Of a stretch of DNA of 64,000 nucleotides, positions 38,001-50,425 are shown piece after piece (the first letter of the stretch is position 1; every line of letters begins with the position of its first letter). The translations under genes and the position numbers were made by a program. Under the pieces are notes generated by a model, which saw only the letters and a program-made list of their open reading frames with translations, was not told where the DNA came from and did no database searches. This DNA comes from Podarcis muralis (taxonomy: Eukaryota), in NCBI RefSeq assembly GCF_964188315.1, contig NC_135667.1:14694001-14758000 (forward strand). Reading direction: 5' to 3'.

Positions 38001-41000
38001 GACTTTCTACAGACCATAAATCCATGGCAGCCAAATCTTTATTTCATCCAGCAATTCTGGGCCAGTGCATTTCTCTGTTCATTCCCAGTTCACAATCTAA
38101 TTGACACAACTCAGGAACCCTGCACTGGGAGGGAGAAGCTGGAGAAACTCACTGGACCCGTGTTTGAAATGGAAATGTCCAGCCAGAGCTACACCATCTA
38201 CAATGCGGTCCATGCAGTAGCACATGCTCTCCATAGCATGTATTCCTCAAGAACCAAACAGAAAGTACTGGGTGAGAAATGGAGACAGCAGAAAGTTCAG
38301 CCCTGGCAGGTACTGTCAACTACTCTCCTCAATGTTAGAAGCACAGGAGTTATTATTACTGTTCATATGTTTCACAGCTGAGCCCTGGCATGGAGGAGAG
38401 GCCTTGGGGATTTTCAGTGGTGAGCTCTATCATTGGGAGGGACTTTATCTCAGTGAAAGGCCACATGCTTTGCATGCTGCACATTCAAAGCTCTTTAATC
38501 CATCCCAGGATTCTCCTACTTGGGGATGCGCAAGGGGCAGGAGTGTCCTCTGGTATTAGAAATGGGTTGAAACCTCAGATGTATGCCGTATAGAACTATG
38601 GCAATTCAGAGTAGACAGTTCTGGGCTACAGAGAACAATGGTTTGACTCAGCACAAGACAGTTTCATATGGTAATGGGGAGGGTTTTTTGAAGTACCCAG
38701 TATATATGATAAAATGTAGTAAGTACCTGGTTCCTATGCCAAGTTAAAAACATACCAAGTCATGTCTCTTAATATTGAAACTGGAAAGGCTTACAGCTGA
38801 ATGGCAGAACATCTGCTTTCATTCAAAAAGTCCCATGTTCAACCCCCAGCATCTCAAGATCATACTGGGAAAGACTCTGAAACCCTAGAGAGCCAATAAC
38901 AATCAGTGACTGAGCTATTTAGGGCAATGATTTCACTCACTGTAAGGCAGCTTTCAGTGTCCTATAACATACTGATGAATGGTAGTAAAAAGCCAAAGGT
39001 CCACTTGTCAAATGGAAAAGAGAGAGTGTATTAGCCTACAAGGTCTGTGTCTTTTTCCTCTTGCAATCTAGCTTCATTTCTTCCTGAAGAACATCCACTT
39101 CAACAACAGTGCTGGGGAAGAAATCTCTTTGGATGAGAAGGGGCAGCAGGCAGGTGGCTATGATCTCCTCAACTTGGTCACATATCCCAATGAGTCCTTC
39201 CAGAGAGTCCGAGTGGGGAGGGTGGACCCTCAGGCCCCCCCAGGAAAAGAGTTCACAGTGGATGGAAGTGCCATCGCATGGAATCCCAAGTTCAAGAAGG
39301 TGGGTTTGGCCATTTCTTTGTTTTGATCATCATCCATCATCATCATCTTTTATGAGAAGATCAGGAGATCCAGGAAAACAGAGATGGCTACAAAGGAGAA
39401 GTGTGAGGAGGCAAGCTCTGGTACTCACTGATGAAATACTATCTTTGTTACTTTGTTCAAATTTGTTGATCCAGAGTTAGTCTGAAGCTAATTTGGAGCT
39501 CAGGGTTAAGAACAAGGTATTTCTGAGTAAGGAATCTGCAAGTGTTTAAAGCTCTTGAAAAGGGATTGTGGTGCTCCAAAATGCGTTGTTGGCAACAATC
39601 TCCGCCAGACGAACCCCAAGTACAAAAAGAAATCATCTACCACCTGAAATGTGTGGTCACTAATGTTGATGGATCGAGTGCTGGTGATATCCTCTCCCAG
39701 GATGCTGGTCTCCAGGCTGATGGTGAGGCCAAACTCCATGCAGGCTTGGCCATAATTTTGGGGATGAAAGCATCCAAAATGCTAAGGAAAGAGCTAATGC
39801 TCAGAAGGCTATTGAACGCTGTGCTGTCATATGCCTGATGCAATTGATGGATTGATCAAATTTATATAGCACCTGGATAGCTCAGTTGGTTAGACCATGG
39901 TGCTGATAACGCCAAGGTTGCAGGTTCGATCCCTGTATGGACCAGCTGCATATTCCTGCATTGCAGGGGGTTGGACTAGATGATCCTCAGGGTCCCTTCC
40001 AACTCTACAGTGCTATGATGAACCCTATACCCGGAGGTCTCAGGATGGTTCCCATAATAAGATCAACATATAAAACCACAAAATACATATTCAAAATAAA
40101 CCCAACAACCCAATAGCCCCCCCCAAAAAAACACACATCACATTTTGAAAGGGCATAGTCATGGCAGTTTGTACAGTTATGGCAGTCTAAACAACTAGAG
40201 CAGCAGGAATGTTCTGTTGTGCTGCTGTCAGTCTGTCACAGTATTTATCATAGATTAGAATAGAATCATAGAATCATAGAGTTGGAAGAGACCACAAGGG
40301 CCATCGAGTCCAACCCCCTGCCAAGCAGGAAACACCATCAGAGCACTCCTGACATATGGTTGTCAAGCCTCTGCTTAAAGACCTCCAAAGAAGGAGACTC
40401 CACCACACTCCTTGGCAGCAAATTCCACTGTCAAACAGCTCTTACTGTCAGGAAGTTCTACCTAATGTTTAGGTGGAATCTTCTTTCTTGTAGTTTGGAT
40501 CCATTGCTCCATGTCCGCTTCTCTGGAGCAGCAGAAAACAACCTTTCTCCCTCCTCTATAAGACATCCTTTTATATATTTGAACATGGCTATCATATCAC
40601 CCCTTAACCTCCTCTTCTCCAGGCGGTTAAAATCTATCTAAGATGTATTAGCAATGTGAGTAACACCTACCTGCATTGTATATTTTATTCTGCAAGTTCA
40701 AGTACACTTGGTAAAAAATAATTCTTATTTGAACTTTAAAAGAGAGTGTCTTGTGTAGTTTTTATAGGAGAAAAGGGGGAACTAAATAACGGGTCAAACA
40801 GCCAGGGCTATCTTCCGCAAAACTCCTTAAATGGGAATTAGAGTTTAATGCCCACCACATGGTTTATGAGAACTTCCTTGGAGACCACTCTCAAGGTTGT
40901 GTCGTCTGCAGATAACATGCAAAATATGTGTAGCAACCATATTAAATATCTTTCATCACCAACAACCAGAACTTGCCTTTCTTTGACTAACTCATAATTC

Positions 41001-43107
41001 CCTACTCCTGCACACCTAAGAAGGAGAAGAAGCATCTGCTGCTGGCTCCTTCTTTGAGCTCTTCTCTCCCTCCAGGAGGGAAGCAGCATTGGCTTATGAG
41101 GAATCAATTTATCAAGAAGGAGAAGGGTGGACATAGATGACAATATGATTTCAGTAGAGAAGCAAGCTAATTCCATTCAAAATCTCTTGCGTGTCATTAC
41201 CATTAGATGCTGCCCATTTCCACCTGTGTTGAGAGTTGCCACCCTGGACAGAGTATGTTTGCCCAGCAGGAAAAGCAAATCTGTTGCTATGACTGTGTTC
41301 AGTGCCCTAAAGGGATGATTTCAGTCCAGAAGGGTAAGTGAAGAAACCTGATAAAAAAATTCCTTCCAGTAGCACCTTAGAGACCAACTAAGTTAGTTAC
41401 AGTGGTACGTCGGGTTACATATGCTTCAGGTTACAGACTCCACTAACCCAGAAATAATAGCTCGGGTTAAGAATTTTGCTTCAGGATGAGAACAGAAATC
41501 ATGCTCCGGCGGTCCAGCAGCAGCAGGAGGCCCCAATAGCTAAAGTGGTGCTTCAGGTTAAGAACAGTTTCAGGTTAAGAACGGACCTCCGGAACAAATT
41601 AAGTACTTAACCCAAGGTACCACTGTATTGGTATGAGCTTTCGTGAAGAAACCCGACTCAACTGGAATTCCAATCTTCCTCTCCAATATTCATGTCTTAG
41701 TCTTATTGTGTCTGCTTATTTTCTGTCATGGATGCCACGCAAATGTGTTTATGTTACTGATACATATTCTTCTTTAATCTCCCCTCCCCTTTTGACAGCC
41801 ATTCTAGAGTATATTGTGTGAAATTACGTCCACATAGGAGTAACCACCATTGAAATCAGCATTAAATACATCTCGGTAGAAACTCTGTAGATTCCCTTTT
41901 GTCAGCATTGAACCTGCAGCAAAGAAATTTGCATCTTCTGTTACTTACAAGTAGAGTTAGACATGTTTAATAGGAAAAGACTGAAATCAATCAGTATACT
42001 CTAACCATGACAAATAAATATGAATGGATTGATTAGTACAGCTGAGATGCTCATGGAGGAACCATCACTTAGTTGTGAAAGTAGACTTTGCTTCATCAGC
42101 TCAGTAATATGTTTTGTGTACAGCATAACAGACGGTGTCAATAATATTAATAAGTATCGCTTCAAGAAATGCTAAAAGCATGCTTCTCACTTTCAGATGC
42201 AGATCAGTGTGAGAAATGCCCCAATGATCACTACCCAAATGCCTTTCACAACCAATGTATTCCCAAAAAAATAAGCTACCTATCCTATGAGGAGCCCTTG
42301 GGGGCAATTCTGGCCTCCTTGGCTCTCCTGCTTTCTCTGGTCACAATTGTTGTGATGGGGACCTTCGGTCTGCACTGGAACACTCCCATTGTCAAAGCCA
42401 ACAACTGGGGCATCACCTGCACCTTGCTCTCTTCTCTGCTTCTCTGCTTTCTCTGCTCCTTCTTATTCATTGGCAGGCCTACAAAGGTGACCTGTGTCTT
42501 GAGGCAAACCGTCTTTGGCATCGTCTTCTCCATTGCTGTGGCTTGTGTGTTAGCCAAAACCCTCACTGTGGTTTTGGCATTCATGGTGACCAAGCCTGGG
42601 AACAGCCTGAGGAAATGGCTTGGGAAGAGGCTGGCAGGATCCCTTATCACCTTCTGCTCTCTCATTCAAGCTGGCATCTGTCTTGGGTGGCTGGCATCCT
42701 CTCCCCCATTCCCAGAGTTTGACCTACACTCCCAGGATGGGCAGATCATAGTGCAGTGCAATGAAGGCTCCGACATCATGTTCCACCTTATTCTCGGCTA
42801 CATGGGTCTTTTGGCCATTGTGAGCTTCTCTGTGGCTTTCTTTGCCAGGAAGTTGCCTGATACTTTCAATGAAGCCAAGTTGATTACCTTCAGCATGCTG
42901 GTCTTCTGCAGTGTTTGGCTGTCCTTTGTCCCCACTTATCTGAGCACCAAAGGGAAATACATGGTGGCTGTGGAGATCTTCTCCATCTTGGCCTCTACTG
43001 CTGGCTTACTGGGTTGCATCTTCCTCCCCAAAATCTACATCATTATATTTAGACCTGAGATGAACAGTAGAGAGAGGTTAGTAAGGAAGAAGGATGACCA
43101 TAGTTGA
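35095..43107 (+). CDS. Vomeronasal type-2 receptor V2R-D, complete 6-exon gene (~885 aa)
   Basis: Exons 35095-35345, 36708-36999, 37461-38309, 39072-39299, 41207-41333, 42197-43107 total 2658 bp and stay open; TA|T junction gives Tyr before AIPKNYQH; Cys-rich and 7TM motifs intact. Confidence 0.92.
35587..35755. mobile_element. hAT-like MITE with internal 22-bp tandem repeat containing TTAGGG
   Basis: 16-bp TIRs cagtggcgtagcgtgg / ccacgctacgccactg; 8-bp TSD atgtccct/gggtccct; unit gggttagggggcgcaaatccac about 3 times. Confidence 0.75.
39510..39750 (-). mobile_element. Old RTE-clade LINE RT fragment (also ~50540-50835)
   Basis: FGLTISL..ILGEDI...[16 protein letters not shown] resembles the RTE RT motif; shared by V2R-D and V2R-E intron 4. 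Confidence 0.6.
39869..40020 (+). mobile_element. tRNA(Ile)-headed SINE with CR1-like 3' tail
   Basis: tagctcagttggttaga...gctGATaacgccaagg..ggttcgatccc head (A/B boxes), then ggttggactagatgatcctcagggtcccttccaactcta; absent from V2R-E. Confidence 0.8.
40250..40624 (-). mobile_element. Young CR1 3' end (same family as 17203)
   Basis: Near-identical to 17203-17565; absent from V2R-E intron 4. Confidence 0.9.
41349..41642 (-). mobile_element. Very short Penelope 3'-terminal fragment, interrupted by a MITE
   Basis: ccttccagtagcaccttagagaccaactaagttagt..ttggtatgagctttc matches the Penelope end at 51361-51413; 11-bp TSD GTGAAGAAACC (41338-41348, 41643-41653); empty site at ~57425. Confidence 0.8.
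41400..41625. mobile_element. Tc1/mariner-type MITE nested in the Penelope fragment
   Basis: CAGTGGTAC TIRs, TA TSD; opposite orientation to 16712. Confidence 0.85.
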
Positions 43108-44519
43108 GAGGGTAAAAGAGATGGCGTTAGCCAGGGACCTTATGTTCTGGCAAGGAGATGTTATTTCCTTTGCTTTTATTTTGATCATCATTTCTTTGTT
43201 TGTATGTTCCATCTTCTCTGCCCTCCAAGGAGTACATAACTCTCCCTCTCTTGCTATTTCTCAAAAACTCTCTGAAAAAGCTTAGATTGAGAGATGCCAT
43301 CCTCCCCATGGCTGAATGGGGATTTCAACCCTAGTTTCCCAGGGCCTTGAACAACACACTCATCGCTACACATTAAGCTGGGGGCATGGGGTAGTTATGC
43401 TTCTTTTGTAAACTTTGCTAAATATCTGCATTTTTGTCCTCGATTTCTATACCCTCAAAAGACACACACATGCCAAGTAAGGAAAATTAACCCTCTGCTC
43501 ACCTGCTGCTGAGCAGAATGTGCAATGCTGTCACTTACTGTGATCTACTTCTCCAGGGTGTTGTCTGTGTGGAGAAACATGAGAATTGATTCAGGCCCAA
43601 ATCCAGGTCAGGCCTTCCTCAGGTCAGGTTGTGGCTAATGTTTTCAATATCCGTTAATTTTTAAAAGCAATCCTTATTTTCCTTTTGGTTATATATTTTT
43701 TCATTAAATTCACGTTACAGTAATCACAACATTCAGATATTGTATGTGAGTTCCATGATTGTACCAATATTCTAGGTATACAGCACAGTTAAGAGGACAG
43801 TTGTGTGCTCTTAAGAGATCTCTGGCATATTAGAGAGGGAGGTTTGGAAGAGAAATTCTTACTCTCTCTTTGCAGAGTTGGAACAATGGGGATTGCTCCA
43901 AGCACCTTAACATTTGGTTTGATTTGCATCTGCCCTCATTCAGCTTTAAACAGATATTCCCCATAAAAATACTGAGGCTAGAATAAATCACAGACACTTA
44001 ACTTTGCAAATAAGTGACAATTTTACTCAACAAATGTCCATCCACTGGATAGTAAAAGTAAAAAAAAAACAACTTCCCAATGATTTAAAAAGAGGAAAAA
44101 ATAGCATTTCTTCACAAATGGAATCACACAATCCTTTTGCTAGGTTTTAGAGAGAAACTTCGTTCACATGGCTTTTCTTCAGCTGAGAGCAATAGCTCGG
44201 CTAACAGCTTCTTCCAGGAAGACAGAGGGAGGGAGGAACCAAATGGTTTGAAGCTTCAGGACCTGCAATACTTAGACTTAATGAAATCCATTAGTTTGAT
44301 CCCCCACCCACCCCTATGTTCCTTAACATCTACATGAAGCCATTGAGCAGGTTCTTCAGGACTATTGGAGTAAATTTGTCAACAATATACTGGTGAAACA
44401 CAGCTCTCTACTTTTCCTCTACATCTGCAGGTGTGGTTGTGGATGTCTTGCCTCACTAGTGGACTAGTTTGGAGCCAATAAACTGAAGCTCAATCCAAAT
44501 ATGACTGACAACTGTTAGT

Positions 44520-45480
44520 GAACAGTTGCCCAAACCAGATGGGTGAGAGGTGGCCTGCTCTTGATTGGGCTCCACTCCCTCTGAAGGAGCAGGGGTACTT
44601 CTCGATCCATTGCTGCCATTTGAGGCTCAGGTGGCCTTGATGGCATGGAGTGCCTTCCATCACCTTTGGCTGGGGGTCCAGCTGCAGCCCTAAATGGACA
44701 AGGTTATCCTAACTTTATCAGCCTGGATAAGTCAGTTGCTTAGACTGTGGTGCTGATAGCACCAAGGTTGCAGGTTTGATCCCCATGGTCACAGTCCGGG
44801 TTACAGGCAGTTGGAGTCCCGGCTTGGTACGCCGGGACTGGGGTAGAGGTCAGGAAGCAGGAAGCAGCAGTCCAGGGGTCAGGAAGCCAAGAGTCCAGGC
44901 CAAACTCAGGAAGTCCCCAGTCCTGTGAGGCCCTAGCAGTTACAGGACCTGGCTCCTGCATGCACTCCTGACACCCGTGTAGGATCCAGGTGGTTGGACT
45001 AGATGATCCTCAGGGTCCCTTCCAACTTCACAATTCTATGATTCTATTAAAGTTATTTTTCCTATGCTCCTGGAACCTCTAGGTTGGATTATGGCAATAT
45101 GTTATACCTAGGGCTTCCTCGAAAGACATTCAGAATCTTCAGCTAGTGCAGAATTTCATGACTAGGTTCTTTACTGGGGCAAGACTTTTTAAGCATATGC
45201 GGTAACACCAATCCTGGCCCAACTGCACTAGTTGCAGATTACTTCCCAGGTACAATTCAAAGTTCTGGTTTGGACCTGTAAAGCCATGAAGGGCTCAGGA
45301 CTACAGAACCTGAAGGACCTCTCTACTTCTTTAAACCAATTCAGAGGCTGTGATCATCACCACCCAAGGCCCTTTTTTTGTGCCTCAGAGAGTGGCAACA
45401 CAATAGTGGGCTTTTTCTGTGGTGGCTCCCCACTTGTGGAATTCTCTATCCAGGGAAGCTCACCTGGCAACTTCATTACA
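44520..45480 (+). mobile_element. Old L2 RT/3' fragments interrupted by a tRNA(Ile)-headed SINE (~44719-45045)
   Basis: GVLLDPLLPFEAQV..AFHHL and ..TPILAQLH.LQITSQVQFKVLV resemble the young L2 at 52114; SINE head and tail match 39869-40020. Confidence 0.65.
44787..44973. mobile_element. Possible short solo LTR nested in SINE
   Basis: ggtcaca...ctgaca termini (one mismatch from TGTCA..TGACA); flanks cccat/cccgt resemble a 5-bp TSD. Confidence 0.45.
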
Positions 45481-46853
45481 TATTGCTGCATGCCATCCCA
45501 TTCCCCTAGCATTGTGAGATTCCAAGGATTCCAAACGTGTTTCCTTTGGAATGAAGTACAGCAGAGACTGTGGTGTCTTTATTATATATGGTTTATTTAC
45601 ACATATAAACAACCTGGAGGGGTTCAGAGCATTAACACCCCAAGAAGGCCTTCTTTCTCTCATAGCCGCACACTTGGTTTCAAACAGAAATCAAGCACCG
45701 CTTTGCCTCTCTGCCTTCCCAGCATGCAACTTTGCTTCCAGTCTCCAGCTCACATAACTCTCAACTCTGTGTTTGTCTTTCTAACTACCCTAGAGTTGAA
45801 AGAGGGAGGCCCACACCTTTGCTGTCTCACACAGAGCCATTCCCTTTGTTTCCTTAATAACCCATTACCTAATCTGACTTTAGAAAATACGAATCCTTGC
45901 TTCAATTTTAACTCTTGCTGGACCTAGGAATTAGGAATGAGATGTGTCTTAGCTTACAGACTACCTGCTCAAACACATGAAATGTAAATAGGTGGAAGGT
46001 CCCAGGACAGTAGTATCCATGGAATAGATCTTTTCTTCACTACTCTTCATCCCAGCAAGCCATGGGCAGTGACAGAGATGATGGGAGTTACAGCCCAATA
46101 CTATCAGGGGACCCAATGCAAACTATGTTTATGCTTCTGTGGGGAGAGACAGGAATCACATGTAGGACAGCATCTGATGGAGGTTGAAGAATGACAGGGC
46201 TACCTGGGAAGCTGTTTTGAGGAAGACTTTAAACGTATGGCTTAGAGTGAATGGCTCTTGCTCACTAGCAGAGCTCAGCTGAGATACATAAGGGATAAAG
46301 TTTTCAAAAGCCCAAGTTGCATGGGGGAAACCTCCCTTTGATACACACGGAGCACGATTGACAGTAATTGGAGTGAAAGGGATGATGGTCTGGATCAGAA
46401 GAAGGGATATAGACCTTCACAACCCTCTTTCTATACCCTGGCCAAGACTCAAATTGAATCAATTCAGAAAGTTATACCATACATGAGAGGCACTGCTTCA
46501 CAAGGAGCAGATCTTGGGCTATAGTGGGATGACACTGACATAGCACTTTGCTTGTACTGTGACTTGAGGACTTTAGCAAACAGATCCCACACCCTGTAAT
46601 TTTTTATAATTATCGATCAGCATCACTACTTCTAAATGCCACATGGAAATCACACGCCAGGCACAATAACAGCACAGAACAGCCCCATTCCAAATGTGAG
46701 GACCTGTGTTGTAGTCTATATAGGCACCTGTCCTATCAACTTACATGAATCCACTTAGGGAGGTGGATTTGGGGCTGGTGCATAGCTCCTTGCAGCCAAG
46801 TTTCCCTATAACTTTAGCCAAGACTGAAATGCTGTTGATAACTAAATGTAAAC

Positions 46854-49800
46854 ATGATGACCTCCAGCTGCAGTTCAGCACAAAAATGGTTAGCGCTCCA
46901 CCTGCTTTTCTGCTGTTGGAGCTGCATTGTTCTTCTAGCAAGTATTTGAACTCCTCCACAAGCAGATTGCGACAACCAATTCAAACACCTTCATNNNNNN
47001 NNNNNNNNNNNNNNNNNNNNNNNNNNNNNNNNNNNNNNNNNNNNNNNNNNNNNNNNNNNNNNNNNNNNNNNNNNNNNNNNNNNNNNNNNNNNNNNNNNNN
47101 NNNNNNNNNNNNNNNNNNNNNNNNNNNNNNNNNNNNNNNNNNNNNNNNNNNNNNNNNNNNNNNNNNNNNNNNNNNNNNNNNNNNNNNNNNNNNNAAAGAG
47201 CTTAAGTTTGTTTCCTGGATAGCCCCTGCTTTTTGCCCATATGGGCTCCATCCACAACCTAGTTCAGGTTTTCAAGCTGCTTGAAACCCATAGATTTTGC
47301 AACCCATCCCTATGCCAAGTACGCCTCACTCCACCCCCACCCCCCAGCATGCATTGGCTTCTAATCAAAAAGGGCAAACCTATGCATATCTACTCTGAAG
47401 TAATCACCACTGACTTATAAGTGGCTGCAACCGGAATGCAGCTTAAATCATATTTCTGTGAGAGCCACTTTTATGAAAGCCAAGGGGATGCTTCCTCTCA
47501 AATATTTGGACATAACGGATCACATGACACAGTGCATGCACACCATTTGAATCGCAATGCTTTGGGGGGGGAGGCTTTTTGGGGGGAGGCTTTTTACACA
47601 AGGGTAAAAAGCCCTTGTGTTTTGGAGCACACTGGTATACTCAATGGTTGTTCTACAGGTTGAATTAAGAACACATTCCCATGAATACTTCATGGTTCGG
47701 AAATGGAAGGGAGGTGTGGTGGACAAAGCAGCAGAACAAGAGGTAGGCATGGACATTGTGTTTAAGAGAGAGGCAAAAGGGGTTAACAGAAGAACTTAAC
47801 AGCTTTTTATTTCTGGGTTTCCCATATCCAAACCCACAAATTCATCAACAGCACGACAATGAATCCCTTTGAATTCACCATTTACATAAATCTAATCAAA
47901 ATATATAAGGAGACTGCTCTAGTTTCATTAGTTTGAATATAATGTTCCCTTCCTATGGGTTGCAACATTCAAGGTACGTGGATTCTCAAATCAAAACTGA
48001 AACACAGTTGTTTCTCTTCCGCCAGTGTTGCAGTCATTCTTCGTCTCATTGCAGAATGATCCCAAAAAACTTCCAGCATGTTCTTGCCTTCATCTTTGCC
48101 ATGCAAGAGATCAACAAGCATGCCAAATTCTTCTCCAACATCACACTGGGATCAACATTTTATGAGAATGCTTTTAATCCTTTGCTAACTTGTTGGAACA
48201 CTCTTGCTCTTCTTTTCATGGGACAACGAAATCCCCCCAATTACCACTGTAATGGGGAAGATAGATTAATTGCCGTCGTTGGAGGGCTCACCTCCCAAAA
48301 CTCCATTGAGATGGCCAATATATTAAACACCTACAAGATTCCACAGGTATGTGTGTAGATACATAGATAAAACCACAAGGGCAGACATAGACAGAAAACC
48401 CCAAAAGAGCATCCATGTTAGCTTTCAATCCTAATACGGTATGTTTTCTACACTTGTTTCCTACATTAGACTTGGTATGGGTACATGATTATGTTAAAGC
48501 CTCCAAGCATTGGGATTTGGGGGGGGGGATAAACCCATAATACTAATAATCCAAGCTCTGGTTCTTCCAAACCTGGCCATTCCACAAATCATGTTATCAT
48601 AGGAGCATCCAGCTTCCTGCTTAGAAACTTCTCCTGGCCTGAAAACTAATGACACCAGGGCTATATACTTAGAAAAGTAAGACCAGGTGGATAACTACAA
48701 CAATACAGAAGTATTCTTTCTAGGAACAAATGGATGGTTTTCGGATTCCTAGAAAAAGATTGCCTTTTCCTTTAGCTCAGCTATGGCTCCTTGGATCCAG
48801 GGCTGAGTGACCAAAGGCGCTTCCCTTCCTTCTTCCAAATGGTCCCCAATGAAGAAGCTCAGTATGGTGGCATTGTCTGGCTACTCAGGAAGTTTGGGTG
48901 GAACTGGATTGGCCTCCTTGTTTCAGATGATGACAGTGGAGAAACCTTCCTTCGTACTCTCAGACCAAGGCTTTTCCAAAATAATCTTTGCATTTCTTGG
49001 ACACTGGTGATCCCACTAGTGACAGTATTTTTACCTTATGAGCTACTTCAAGAAAAATTGAGACCAATCATGTATGTTCTCACACGGCAGCAAATGAATG
49101 TGATTCTTGTCTATGGAGACAGTCAGTCTCTAGAGGGTTTGAGACTGATTTTAGTCTCCTTTGAGATTTTGTCTATGTACCCAGTGGAGAGGGTCTGGAT
49201 TACAACAGCTCAATGGGATTTCACTGCAGTGCTGGTTGGAGGCAATTTTCCTTCCATATCCTTCAATGGCACTTTGTCATTTACACTCCATTCAAATCCA
49301 GTTCCTGGGTTTCAGGACTTTCTACAGACCATAAATCCATGGCAGCCAAATCTTTATTTCATCCAGCAGTTCTGGGCCAGTGCATTTCTCTGTTCATTCC
49401 CAGTTCACAATCTAATTGACACAACTCAGGGACCCTGCACTGGGAGGGAGAAGCTGGAGAAACTCACTGGACCCGTGTTTGAAATGGAAATGTCCAGCCA
49501 GAGCTACACCATCTACAATGCCGTCCATGCAATAGCACATGCTCTCCATAGCATGTATTCCTCAAGAACCAAACTGAAAGTACTGGGTGAGAAATGGAGA
49601 CAGCAGAAAGTTCAGCCCTGGCAGGTACTGTCAACTACTCTCCTCAATGTTAGAAGCACAAGAGTTATTATTACTGATTCATATGTTGCACCTCTGAGCC
49701 CTGGCATGGAGGATGGGCCTTGGGGATTTTCCCTGGTGAGCTCTATCATTGGGAGGGACTTGATCTCAGCGAAAGACCAAATGCTTTGCATGCTGCACAT

Positions 49801-50386
49801 TCAAAGCTTGTTAAATTAATCTATCCCAGGATTCTCCTACTTGGAGCTGCACAAGGACCAGAAGTGTCCTCTGTTATAAGAACTGGGTTGAAACCTCTAA
49901 TGTATGCCATATAGCACTGTGGCAATTTAGAGTAGACAGTTCTGGGCTACAGAGACCAATGATTGCACTCAGCACATGGCAGTTTCACATGTTAATGGGG
50001 GAATTTTTATGAAGTATATATGATAAAATGTAGTAAGAATCCAAAGGTCCACCTGCCAAATGGGAGAGAGAGAGAGTGTGTATTAGCCTACAAGGTCTGT
50101 GTCTTTTTTCCTCTTGCAATCTAGCTCCACTCCTTTCTGAAGAACATCCACTTCAACAACAGTGCTGGGGAAGAAATCTCTTTGGATGAGAAGGGGCAGC
50201 AGGCAGGTGGCTATGATCTCCTCAACTTGGTCACATATCCCAATGAGTCCTTCCAGAGAGTCCGAGTGGGGAGGGTGGACCCTCAGGCCCCCCCAGGAAA
50301 AGAGTTCACAGTGGATGGAAGTGCCATCGCATGGAATCCCAAGTTCAAGCAGGTGCGTGTGACCATTTTTTATTTTTTTATCCTCT

Positions 50387-50425
<39 letters not shown>

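Noticed and set aside
39869-39945. tRNA-Ile(GAT)-like sequence
   Set aside because: Acceptor stem does not pair and it runs directly into a CR1-like SINE tail, so it was annotated as a SINE.
45510-45930. LTR-like segment (minus-strand AATAAA) and the 231-aa ORF 45232-45927
   Set aside because: No convincing termini or TSD; the ORF is a chance read-through from an old L2 fragment with no recognisable domain.
46745-47284. 179-aa ORF spanning X residues
   Set aside because: Artefact of reading through the N gap.
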